From assembly GCA_973895155.1 (NCBI GenBank), contig OZ316898.1, forward strand, positions 3,348,480 through 3,412,479: a stretch of 64,000 nucleotides of DNA, in the 5' to 3' direction. The notes beneath the pieces were generated by a model. The model was given only the letters and a program-made list of their open reading frames with translations, made no database searches and was not told the origin of the DNA. The stretch comes from Marsupella aquatica. Its lineage: Eukaryota; Plantae; Marchantiophyta. Both the position numbers and the translations under genes were made by a program. Position 1 is the stretch's first letter; the number at the start of each line of letters is the position of its first letter. Of this stretch, positions 52,507-64,000 are shown piece by piece.

Positions 52507-55500
52507 TCAGGTAGCACGTGGAGCACAGGAAGGGCAAAACCATAACCCTTCTGGCACCTGGGTAAGTTCAGGCCGGAGGCAGAAAAGATGGTACCCTCCA
52601 TTGCAATTGTCACACAGCAACATCTGGTCAGCATCATCAATTCGCAAACACACTTTGCAAGGGTAGTCCATAGGTGGAATCCAAGTAGAAGTCACAATGG
52701 TGGGATCCAGGTTAGGCAGATGACAAGGGGCGCAATTCTTGGCATTGTCAGCAATTGTGCGCCCATCTGCCCCTTGTAACTCTAGCACTCCAGATGGTCG
52801 AATAGCTTTGACCCTGAGAATAGTGCGACTGGTAGAGGTGTCCAGGGTGTCGTTAGCTTGCCGCTGCAAGTACACAAAATCTCCCACTTCAAACTTCCTG
52901 ACCTTGGGCTGAAAAGTGCCCCCTCGTGTGTGTGCATAACGCAGTGTGTCCCTGTGCTGTGCAATGGCCAAATTCTCCATGGCCATGGGCATAACCCTCC
53001 TGAATAGGGCAGCCCTCTCAGAGATCACATCAGACCAAGTCACAGCTGAATCCAAGTCCACCACCTGAAGCATGTGAGAAGCAATAGCAGAAGGTGGAAC
53101 TGGGTGACGACCAAACAACAAGAAGTAGGGAGAAAAGTTAGACAGTGATGCATGTCTGGACATCCTATACCCCATGGCAATGTAGGGTAAGGCCAGGTCC
53201 CAATCCTCCTTGTTTTTGGTGAGGCAGATCTTCCGAAGGCCCTTCTTGCATGTCTGAACCATGCTCTCTGCCAAGCCATCTGCCTGTGGGTGATCTCGTG
53301 ATGTCCGGCGATGATCAATGAGAGCCTGATCAAGCAGCTCCTGGAACTCTCCTCTAAACTCTGAGCCCTGGTCAGTGAGACATTCTGCACAAGCTCCAAA
53401 GCGGCTGAGAACTTGTTGCAAGAATGCCTGGCTGGTGCTACGGGAGGTCTTATCCGGCAATGCCACAAGTTCTATCCACTTGGAGAAATGCTCTATCATG
53501 ATCATGATGTAGAGATTACCCCGAGATGTGAGGGGTAATTCTCCAGCCAAATCACATGACCAACGATAAAACATGCCCTGAATAGGGAGTGGATGAAGTG
53601 TGGGTTGCCGAGATGTGAAAGAAGTCCTTACCCTATCACACTGCTCACACCGGGCAATAACATCTCGAACCTGGCCATGCATGCCTCTCCAATGATAATG
53701 GGGGACCAAGAGGCTATAAGTCCTCTTAACACCAAAATGACCAAGCTCAGAATGTACCTTACGGATAAGGCCAACCCTCTCATGAATGGGTGGAACCACC
53801 ACTTCCCAGTCTGGCAAGCAGCGCACAAGATGATCTCCCTTCCACAAGTAGCGCTTGGACCTTTGCTGAATTTGGTCTCTCTGGGCAGCAGTAACATGGG
53901 TGGGGTACTCCCCATCCTGCAGAAATCTCAGAGTGTCGCTGTCCTCCCATATGTCCACCACAGGTTGGTCAACAATGTAGCATGGCAGCAAAGCAAGATA
54001 GGTAGATGCATGAAATGTAGGCAGGATGGAAACCTGGTCAAAATCCTGCCGTGCATCTAAGGGATCATCAGAGGCAATCAAAGGGCTGCGGGACATAGTG
54101 TCAGCATTTTGATGTGTCACACCAGGCCTATGAATTACCTCAAAATCATACTCCTGGAGTATGAGTGCCCAACGAGCAAGCTTGCCAATAAGCTTGTCGT
54201 TGGTCATCAACCACTTCAAGGGCTGGTGGTCGGTGTAGAGAACAAACCTGGTCCCATAGAGGTAGGGCCTGTAATGTATGACAGCCCACACAATAGCAAG
54301 GCATTCACCCTCATAAGAAGAATAATGACTCTCTGCCTGATTGTTGCTCCTGGATGCATAGGCAATGACGTACTCTTTACCTTCCTCATCATGCTGGCCC
54401 ATAATGGCACCAATCCCAAGGGCACTCCAATCTGTGTGTAGCACAAAGACCTTGTTGAAATCAGGTCTTCTCAACACCGGGTATTCTGAGAGCTTCTCCT
54501 TCAAAGTGGCAAATGCTGCCTCAGCATCTGTACTCCATGTCCAAGTCACATTCTTTTTCAACAAAGCATACAATGGGTGTGCAATGGTACTGAAATCTTT
54601 GATGTAGATCCGGTAGTAATTGCACAACCCAATAAAACTCCTCAAAGTGTGAACATCGGTAGGAGTGGGCATTTCCAAGATGGATACCACCTTGGCCCAG
54701 TGAGCCATGGTTCCATTTGGAAGAATGCGATGCCCAAGATATACTACTGATCTGACAGCAAATTCACACTTCTTGGGGTGTATCTTTAGGTTCACCTTCT
54801 TAAGCCTCATGAATAGCTCCTCAAGGTCAAGTAGATGCTAGTCAAATCCTTTGCTGTGGACCAACACATCATCAATGTAGCATTTCAGAAACTCAGCACC
54901 TTGCAGAACCTGGTCCATGACTCTTTGAAAGAATATGGGCGCATTCTTCAAGCCAAATGGCATCACCAACCACTCCCATAGTTGGTTACTACCATGGAAA
55001 GCTGTTTTCTTGCGATCCTTTGCAAGCAGCAAAATCTGGTTGAAGCCTTGCCTTAGATCCACAAGAGTGAAGATGTCTGAGTCTCCAATGCTGTCAAATA
55101 GCTCCTCTGGCCGCGGCATGGGGTACCTGTCCTAGGGTGTGACCAGGTTCAATGGCCTGTAGTCCCCACACATGCGCTTCTCTGTCCACAATCCACTGTA
55201 ATCCTTCTTTGTTGGCATCACTATAGCTGCCGCAAAATCTGATGTAGATGGCTGAATAAGACCAGCTTCATAAAGCTCTTGGCACCTCTCATCCACCAGC
55301 TGCCACTCATGCTTACTCAAACGGTGTCTTCGCCTAAAGATAGGTGTTTCATCAGCCAACTCAATGGAGAACTGCATAGTCTTGCACTTACCCAAGTCCT
55401 TCATAGAGAAAGCAAACACATTCTCATGCTTGAGGAGCAAATTCAGCAGCTGGTCCTTCTGTCTTTTACTCAGGTGGTTGCCCATGATAAATGTGTAGTT

Positions 55501-58019
55501 GGGAACACTAGGAATAGGATTTGATGTACTCGTGCTTGAAGAGCCAGAAGTGCCAGCCTCTCCACTGTCCGAGCTGCTAGCATGCTGCTGATAAGGTGAT
55601 GAGGCCTCTCCAAGGCCTGCTGTATCTGTTGCTCTGGTCTGATCCACACCATGAAACTTAGAAATAATGTCAGCCACATTACAAGGGACCTCCTCCCCCC
55701 CAACACTTGGACTGAAGCGGTGAGTGTTGAATAGAGGTAAGTGCACGTGGTCTGGATGCCATGTAGCAGCACTGTGGAGGGGTAGGGCTGGAGCTCCTAA
55801 TGCTGGAGGAATGTACATCTGAAAAAGGATGCAAGTGACCAGAAGCCAAGTGAGAGCATTGAGATCCATTACTCTGCCAAGTAAAGCATTCCTGGCCAGC
55901 CTGGTGATTTTGGTGTGACCTGTAGTACCGGGTTGGAAGCCCATAGCCCGTTCTCTCTCCTCAGGACTAGGTTCATCCCATGTACCGGTAGAATGTCGAT
56001 AAACCAGCCCAGGACCATCACCCTGAAAAGCATGTGCACCTGGAAAGGACACAAATGTAGGCCAAGCAGCACGGGGTTGTCCAATGGTATTAGCTGGATA
56101 CCAAGGTGCTGGCTCTTGCCGTGTAACTGGTTGGCAAGAAGTGTTAGGATCCAAAATCTGGTCCACTGTAAGGTTAGTGTCCGTGGATGTGTGTTGAAGA
56201 GCCATCTCCAGCAAGAAGGTGGTGCAAGGTTAGTCCAAAAGTTACGAAGACGATGTGCATAAGAACCATAGTGCACTGCATCAATGAGAAGGGGTGGTCC
56301 CAAGTAGTGTTGGACCACACTGAAATCCTCTTTGACCTGTGGACGTTGGTCAAACTGAGATGGAGTATTCTCAATGATATAACCAATAGCAGGATAAAGG
56401 GATTGAGCCCAGGTGAGAATCTGAACCAATGTTGTGAAAAGGCCAGAACGAGAATCATGCAGTCCAGCACCGTGACCAGCAGCTGAAAACCCTTGGCATT
56501 CCCAACCAACTATGATCAAATCAAGGGAGTCAAGAAGGGTTAAGTGCCGGTGCTGGACAAGCTGGATATCTGGAGGAAAGAAAGAAAATGCAGACTTCCA
56601 TGCACTGTGTGGAAATTGCTGAGGAAATCGCTCTGAAAATTCCAGCAGACGGGATTCAGCCACTTGCCTTGCACTTGGATCAATATCCACATAGATGTAC
56701 TGCTTCACCACCATGCCAGACTTTAGGAGAGCTTCCAGGCCTGTAGAAATGCCACCAAAAAGCTCAAGCAATGTAAGGCCATCTGAAGGAGGAGTCCAGG
56801 TAACTGGTGCGCTCAAGATTGGGGCTATTGGTTGTCCATTATGCTGCCCAAGGTCCTCAAATTTGTGCAATGCAGCCACCAAAGGTCCATGGGCTGCTTG
56901 GAGCCGTTGTACCACCTCTGGTTGATGATCCACGTTGCTGGAAAGTGCTGCTACACGTGCAGCAGCATGTGCAGTAGCCACCTCATCCTCATCCTCCTCA
57001 ATCCAATCCTGCAATGGGTGGTTGACATAGGTAGCTGTGTGCACTGCTTTCAACACACAGTGGTGAGCCATAGGGGTATGGGCACCATGCAAATCAAGTG
57101 GAATGTATCCCAAGTGTGAGCCATCCGTATGCCAATCAACTCTGTAGTATGCATGCTCATGCCAGTTGTCAATGGTAAAACCTGGTGGGAACAAAGCCTC
57201 CTGGCCAATGAGCACATCATACGTAGTGGCATTGGTAACCAAACATCTGACTGGGAAATGCAGTTCCTGATCTGTACCTCCATTAAAAGTGAGAGTGAGT
57301 AAAGTAGAACTCTCACCCAACACGTCCTCCATAGTGCCACTAGCAGTCCGAATGTGCCACCTGGATTGCTGTAAGTGATCAGTCAGCAGTCCCATCTTCT
57401 TGGCAAACTGAATGCCCAATATCACTGGTTGAGCGCCTGTGTCTAGCATGACCACCTGAGGAGTGTGACCCTCCAACTTGACCGCTGAATTCCTGTTGTC
57501 AACAATGGCAATGGTGGTGGAAACTAAAGTCCTGTCACTAGGCACCACTTTTGGCAAATGATGAGGTACCTTGTGAAGGGAGTTAGTGTCCACGGTCTGC
57601 CCACTCAATAGCATAGCCAGGAAAGATGGAGCAGCATGACCAGAATCCAGTGTAGCTCTGGTCACACAATCTGCAGCAATACTATCATCTCTACCACTGG
57701 AAATTGGTACTGGGATAGCCAAACCAGTGGAAGCATGTAATGGAGAAGAAGAAGGTCCAATATGTACATGAGATTGGACCTCCAAAACCGGTGTCACAAG
57801 GGCTGATGAAGAATGCAGTGAGCCCTCTAGCGCTCTGATGACAGCTCTAGCATCCAGCTGTAAATCATGGCAACTGAAAAGTGGAGTTGTAAGAATCCTT
57901 TGTGCCATACCGGAGGTGACATGCTCAAGCAGCTCAGGAGAAACAACTCCCTGTGAAATGTCAGCAACACCTGGTGGTGGAATGGATGTAGCTGCAGCTC
58001 CCTCCCCCCTCGCCAACAA
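52507..58019 (-). pseudogene. pol: pol of the DNMT-Gypsy element (aspartic protease, C5-DNMT, RT, RNase H, integrase, PHD)
   Basis: MLDTGA protease; ELFGG / GWECQGFS / IENT / HRLRNFW DNMT motifs; RMCGDYRPLN, MPFGLKNAP, YIDD RT; LHTDWS...ECLA...YTDH RNase H; HSELGH...CEQC, SCDLAG, LTDQG, QADGLAE integrase; C4HC3 PHD; stops at 55132 and 54838, frameshift near 56214. Confidence 0.92.
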
Positions 58020-59866
58020 GGTGCGCTCTTCAGCATGATAGCCCGAGCTCCCCGGGCTCTAGTCATAGGACCAGCAGCAAGACCATCAGCCTGTACAATG
58101 CGGCGTGTGGGAGCAATACGGGAGGCAGCACTGGCCTGCTGGTAAGCAAAATAAGAAGGGCAGAATGAATCTGAAAATTCTGCTGTAAGGCCAGGCTGTG
58201 GAGTAGAGGACAGCACACACTCACCCATATGAGCATCAAATGGCAAGCCATAGAAAGAGCGGGGTAGAGGTGCTGAACTGTCGGTGGTGCCTGGGCCAAG
58301 GATGGGTTGCACGTGACCAGCCGGTTGAGAAGGACCAGCAGAGGTAGGTGACTTGCCTTTGATGCTGGCAAGTTGGGCACGTAGGGACTCAACCTCATGA
58401 GTCAGAGACTGGAGTTGAGTTTCCTGTGCGTTGTGAGCCTCCTTCTGAGCTGGTGGCTTTTGTTGCTGCTTGGGCAATTTGTTGGCACTGGTTGCTTTGC
58501 CACTGGAAGGAGGAGCAATTGATGCAGTAGGAGCCCTTCTAGCTAGTGGGGGAGTGGAAGCAGGAGCAGGAGGAGGGGCCTGCTGTCGTAGCTGCTTCCT
58601 CTCTGGAAATTTGGCAAAACAAATTGCCTCCAAGTGGCCCACTTTCCCGCAAAACTCACAAGACAGGTCCTCAGCAACAATATCACATTCATTAGCCTTG
58701 TGATTAGGATTGCCACAGTAGTTGCAAGATGGCAGCATGAAAGCAGCATGTGCTGGTTTGGGCTTGGAAGCATACTGTGGCACACGGGAAGGGGTGGCCA
58801 TTGTAGGGGCAGTAGCCTGGTACCTAGATTGTGGTGGACGCGCAATACTGGCCTCATAATGTGCATGGGCCAATTCAAGTTTCTCAGCAGTGTCATAGAC
58901 ATTGAGCAAGGTGTAGCTGTCTCCAAACTCTGAGAATACTTGCTGCAACACCTGCGAATTGAGAGCTGGTGTGCCCTCCAATGCGCGAAGATAGCGATGA
59001 GCAGCTTCCAGGTCAGTGATGCTCTGGGTGTCCTCCTTCAGCTTGAGAAGCCGGCGATACATCATCTTCAAGGTTTCATTGCGCTGCCTCACAAAGGTGG
59101 CCAACTGCATGATTTTGTCAGCACTCTTGATTGGGAATTCCAATTCAAGAACCTGGAAAAACTCAGCCACTGGATCAGCAAAGGCAGGGGAATCAATGGT
59201 GGGAGAAATGCCTGATGTAGCCTGTGCCAAGATAGTGGGAGTAACTGGCGCAATGGTAGGAACTGGAGTAGGAGGGGAAGTGGCAGGAGCAGCAGCATGG
59301 GCTGCAATGGCATTCTGTAATGCCAATTGTGAGGCAGCCACAATTGCACTGGCATAGGCAGGGTTAGGCAATTGTGTGACAACAAGCAGCCGTTGAGAGT
59401 GCTGCTCATACACATCCAAAGCCTCGTGGTGCACATACCTGGCTAGCTGCTTAAATGCAAAAGCATTTGTGAAATTGCTGCCGTACTTCAACTCCAATTC
59501 GTAAACGATAGTGTAGAAAGTGGATTTGAACTCATGTAAAGAAACAGTGCCTGGCCGCCCGCTGAAGCGTTCAATGCGGCCAGATGAGTGGCTGGCGTCC
59601 ATGCTGTATGTTGGTGAAGCAGGAACAACCACGGATGCAGAAGGGGTAAATGGTAAAGATGTAATAGCAGGCTTCGGGGTAGGGGTGAAGCGACCGCCCA
59701 ATGTAGCAGCAGGATGGCGTGATGTGGGTGTTGCTGCTGTCTGCTGACGTCATCGAAATTGCCGAGACTCCAATGAAATTGGCACCAATGGTCGTGGATC
59801 ACTCCGCAAGTGGTACCTGGGTATCAGTGGCGATGAGCTGCTACCTCCCGGCTCGTCGGCTGACAT
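57827..59866 (-). pseudogene. gag: gag of the DNMT-Gypsy element (two CCHC zinc knuckles)
   Basis: ATG at 59866 (MSADEPGG...RYHLRS) is in frame with ORF 57827-59701 after a TGA at 59752-59750; CNYCGNPNHKANEC and CEFCGKVGHLEAIC. Confidence 0.85.
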
Positions 59867-60369
59867 GCTGCATGCTCACCCGGGGTGCCAATGGGAAAGA
59901 AATGGACAAGAAAAAGGAATGGCAGCCCCAAGGCTAGGAAATAAAACCCACAAAGGAGACAAACGGTACAAGGCAGCAATGTGTCAAATGTGTAAACACA
60001 CAGAAAAACCGTCACAAAGAAAAATTGTCGGCAAAGGAAAACCTCTTAAAAACTCGGGAAAGGCCTAATGTTGGCGGCAATAAAGAAATCCGGGAAAAGA
60101 AACTAGAAGTGGCCCCCCCCTTAAGTGTATACATCGGGCCCCTATGTGGACCCAAAAACTGGCAGGAAAAGGGAAACCAAAGAGGCGCGCGTCAGCGGGA
60201 AAAGAAAACCGGGCCAAGTGGGACACAGGATCTGAAGTGTATACACATCAGCCCGATGTGGACCCGAGAGATGGAAACAGGTCGATCGTCGCGCGGCGAA
60301 AAAGCGAGACAAGCCGAAAAAGGCGAAAAGAAAACGGGAAGAGTGAGGCGAAGAAAAAGAAATGAGCCC

Positions 60370-60875
60370 TGTGCATAGGGCTTCGCACCCCCCTCCGTAT
60401 GAGCTCCTGAAGCCTCCTTGGGGCTTCGTGCCCTGGCAGGCCTAAGTACTCCCGTGTGAGGGAGTTCGAATTGAACTCCCCTCCCCTCCTTTAATGCAGC
60501 TTAGGGCCTTGTGCCCTCTCCTGGCACTCTCGCTCCCCCTCCTGGCCTCCTTTTATTGCAGCATAGGGCCTCGTGCCCACTCCTTGCGCTCCTGCTCCCC
60601 TCCTCCTGGCTTTAATTCTCCATAGGGCTTCGTGCCCTCCTTGCGCTTCTGCTCCCCTCCTCCTGGCTTTAATTCTCCATAGGGCTTCGTGCCCTCCTTG
60701 CGCTTCCCCCTCCCCTCCGTGGCTGGTACTCGGCTCCCCCCCTCCCTCCTCTTTAATGCGGGACCTGGCAGCATGACTCCCGAGAGAGAGGGAGTCGTAT
60801 GTACTCCCGAGAAGGGAGTCGACTTAACTCCCCTCTCCTCCTTAATTATACAGCATAGGGCCGTGTGCCCCCTCC
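60370..60875. repeat. Tandem ~58-bp repeats within the putative LTR/leader of the DNMT-Gypsy element
   Basis: Recurrent CATAGGGC(T/C)TCGTGCCC...CTCCCCTCCTCCTGGC...TTAAT units; two near-identical copies at ~60562-60700. Confidence 0.8.
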
Positions 60876-62038
60876 CTCTCGACTGTCGCTTTGTATTCGG
60901 CGTAACAAGAAAAGTGGCGTGCGACCCTATGAAGGGCGCCGAGCAGCCGAGGAGCAAGGACGGGGGAAAGAGAGGAACCAGGCGGCGGTCGACCGGAAGA
61001 AAGAAAATGGGAGGAAAAGGGGCAAACGCATTAATTCAAAGCGAGGGCGCAGCAGCCGGAAGCAATCCGTGGCAGCAGATAGGCAGTGACAGTAGCGGGA
61101 TTAGCAGGTCAAAGAAGATTGTGGCCGGAAACGAAAAACCCAGGCCTCCCAAGGGAGTGTTATGTGTATACACTTAAGTATACACATAACACCACAATAA
61201 ACCCATAACTTTTAACTCGTCACTCCGATGTCCGTCGAAGAAATTGCAATGGCTTCACCAGAAATTGTCGAAATCGTCACGAGCAATCTTCTTCCCTTCA
61301 CCACTATCTCGGCAGTTCTTCTTGAATAAAAGGCGTGATAGAAACAAACGTACTGAAATCGAATCGAAAACCGGCGAGATGCCAAGATCGGCTGGGAGCA
61401 TCTAACGAATCACTGTGTGAATTCCGTGTACGGAACCGACGAGCAGCCTCTGAAAAACTCTGTCTCACAGCGACTCAAGAAGAACTGAAGAACGGCAAAG
61501 AAAAACATGCCCTAAGTAGGACCGGGTCCAGGCGTCACACTAACAAACCCCTTTTGCTTCAAGAACAGCCCAGACTCGCTACAAGAACGTGACACTAACT
61601 CAAGTAGTACACTAGCCCTAACCATACCTAGCGGGCATGCGAGGGACATGCCGATGTGCACAAGCGGCACTGTCACTCGGCATGACATGCTTGTTTCAGG
61701 GCAGTTTCAGTTTATGTTGTGGGTGCCCAAATGCATCTCCATGCTAGCCAAATTGCATCCACTTCTGAGAATGCACCACATGTTGCAACTGTCATGCTCT
61801 GGAAATCCCCCCCTACACACCTGCTTGCTGGTTGTCAACTACAAGGCAAACTACAAGGCACAAAAGGGCTAGCCCAACTGTGAAGCAAGGGCAATTCACT
61901 ATCATTTTCTGAAAACAATTGTATTTGTGGTGGGTTGTTAGACTCTTAGGGTTGAGTACCTATGAATCCCCATAATTATTCAAAACTTAGAAGTCACACG
62001 CACAGTATGTGTTTTCTATAAATCTAAGAGACCATTGC

Positions 62039-62165
62039 ACTGACCCACCAAATCAGTTTCGGAAACCAAAATTCACTGATTCCCATCATATGTCTTTACT
62101 AGAAGTCTAAGCAAATATTTTACTGACCCACCAAATCAGTTTGGGGAACCACAATTCACTGATCC
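62039..62165 (+). repeat. ~44-bp direct repeat, 83 bp apart
   Basis: ACTGACCCACCAAATCAGTTT(C/G)GG(A/G)AACCA(A/C)AATTCACTGAT at 62039 and 62122. Confidence 0.8.
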
Positions 62166-62344
62166 CTAGGCTGGGCCATTCCTGCATGGGGACCAGTTCT
62201 CGCTATCATGAAAATGAGAATAAAATATATAATAATTACTATCCATTCGCATTGTGTGCAGTACTAACAAAGGTGAAGAGTGAATGATGGGGTCCCCCAA
62301 AGCTCCACACTATGACATTCCATCAAATGAGAACAAATGTGCTT

Positions 62345-62550
62345 TAGGTACTTATTTTGAGGTCTAAGGTTATGATTATAAACTTAGTTAGGTCTGACCT
62401 TAGTTGCAGACTAGGTTAAGTTAACTAGGATATATAGTATATTCAAATTGTGTTACTTGGATATGAGTAACTCAGGCTTATTGTCATGGAATCAATTGAG
62501 AGATAGAGAGACCTTGTGTTGCAAAGATTCAATATGGTCTACAGACATAA
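62345..62550. mobile_element. Decayed fragment of the solo-LTR family (closest to the 5424 copy, reverse orientation)
   Basis: GGTCTAAGGTTATGA...ACCTTAGTTGCAGACT.GGTTA...AACTCAGGCT.ATT...TTGAGAGATAGAGAGA matches the reverse complement of ~5590-5752. Confidence 0.6.
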
Positions 62551-64000
62551 TGTGCACTAAACTGTAGTGTATGAAAGTGGCCATCACCTTTGCTTCAGAT
62601 GGAGAGACCATGAAGGGGGCCACGAGGGGTCTCCATAACCGCACATCAAAATATGACATATATTGTGTTTCATATCCCTCCAAGAAAAACTAGTTATTTG
62701 CTTTAAATCAATGAGTAACACCAGCCTTAAGTCTAGGGGGGTCACTTCCATGGAAGTGGCATATCATGTGCGACGAAATATAGGACCATTTAAATGGTTT
62801 TGACGGAAAATTTATTAAGTCTTCTATGGAAATATATGGTTGTTTAATTGTAAAATGTATACATGTTATCACATGATTGGTGCCGTACAACTTTCTAGAA
62901 AGTGACTTAGGGGGGTCATAAATGACCCAAACCGTCGCACGTGATGTATGACCCTTCATATAATGACCCCCCCCCGAGCTTTAAGTGCCAATTTTAGCCC
63001 AATACCACCTCCCCCAAAAATGTTCACCACTTTTGGCTAATATAGGCTAGATGTTTTTAGCACCATTAGCCACTCTTCCACCAAATCATGAACCCTATTA
63101 GCCAGAATCTAATGGTCCTCCTTAAATCTAGGGATATCTGACCGTCATGATGCAATTCAGTAAAATCATGATGCAATTGAGTAAAATCTGATGGATTCAG
63201 TAAAATCTGATGGAGAACATTCCTAGAATCTCCTCCCTTAGAGAAACAAACATTGGTCACACTGGATTAAAAAAAAACAAATAAAAAACCAATTGGCTAG
63301 GGGATTGGCCTTGAACTTCTTCCCCATTTCGGAACTTCTTCCCCATTTCGGTTCAAGACAAAACAAAAGATAAAAATAAAAAACCTTAAATAGGCACCTT
63401 GTACTAGTACATTTTGATGTGTGTGATTAGGCAGGGGCCCATAAGGAGGGCAATCAGGAGTGACAGCACCATCTTGTAAAGCCCCTAGCATCTTTTAAAG
63501 GACACTGAGGAGCGACATTGGAGCATTTATTTTCCTTCCTCTTACGTGAATGAAAACACCGAGGAGAACCCTAATTGTAGCGGGCAAGGGTGCTTGGAGT
63601 AATGGAATCACAGGGACAGAGGATTGCGCGTGTAGGAATTGCGCGACATGAAGAGTTTCAACAAAGATTATTTGGGATTGAAGACACAGAATTGTAATTA
63701 GACTCGGAATTGTAGTGCACGCCGGAGATGCGCGAGTCTTCAAGACGTGATCCGTAACTTATCGAGGAGATATTGGAATTCTAGAGACAATTCGGCGATT
63801 TTCGTTTGGAGGAACTTTTGTTGGCTTCAGCTTTGAGTCATAGTTGAGATTTTTCAATTTCGTGCGCGGAGGAAGAGAATCTGCTTGTTAAGAGACTCTC
63901 GCTCGTCGAGAAATCACCAAGAATCGGCAGAGCGGAGCGAGAGGCGTTTGACTAACGTGGAACGCTCCTGAAAATTTGAAGGGGAAGGGGCCTTTAAAGC

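Larger units (their letters stand above)
52467..61698 (-). mobile_element. Ty3/Gypsy LTR retrotransposon encoding gag - PR - C5 DNA methyltransferase - RT - RNase H - integrase - PHD finger
   Basis: Domain order read from minus-strand ORFs; PBS-like TGGCACCCCGGGTGAG at 59890-59875; G-run PPT candidate at 52474-52467; candidate 5' LTR ~59892-61698; element ends uncertain. Confidence 0.9.

Noticed and set aside
55869-56780. The DNMT as a host CMT/MET1/DRM gene interrupted by a retrotransposon
   Set aside because: It is intronless, in frame with the upstream protease and its 3' half is in frame with RT; it lacks BAH/chromo/UBA domains and the DRM motif permutation

Overview
Eukaryotic, intron-containing land-plant genomic DNA, most plausibly a non-seed plant such as a bryophyte/liverwort (inferred from gene content; not provable from the window). 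Host genes: a 10-exon plant-type phosphoenolpyruvate carboxylase (23312-28928, +), a 3-exon COMM-domain-only protein (32587-33717, -), a small orphan secreted protein (46110-46457, +) and a multi-exon METTL21/Methyltransf_16-type protein methyltransferase (46733-50819, -). Most of the rest is transposon-derived. It includes a decayed ~11-kb DNA-transposon-like block with a spliced DDD (Sola-like) transposase facing RING-H2 and RPA-like ORFs, a truncated L1 LINE with an 18-bp TSD, five related ~340-bp solo LTRs or LTR remnants (three with perfect 5-bp TSDs), MITEs, and an internally deleted Ty3/Gypsy element. The standout is a Ty3/Gypsy retrotransposon (~52.5-61.7 kb, - strand). Its pol polyprotein carries a complete C5-cytosine DNA methyltransferase domain between protease and RT, and a PHD finger at the integrase C-terminus, so the element encodes both a putative chromatin writer and a putative reader. 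All calls were made by eye; no database searches were run.
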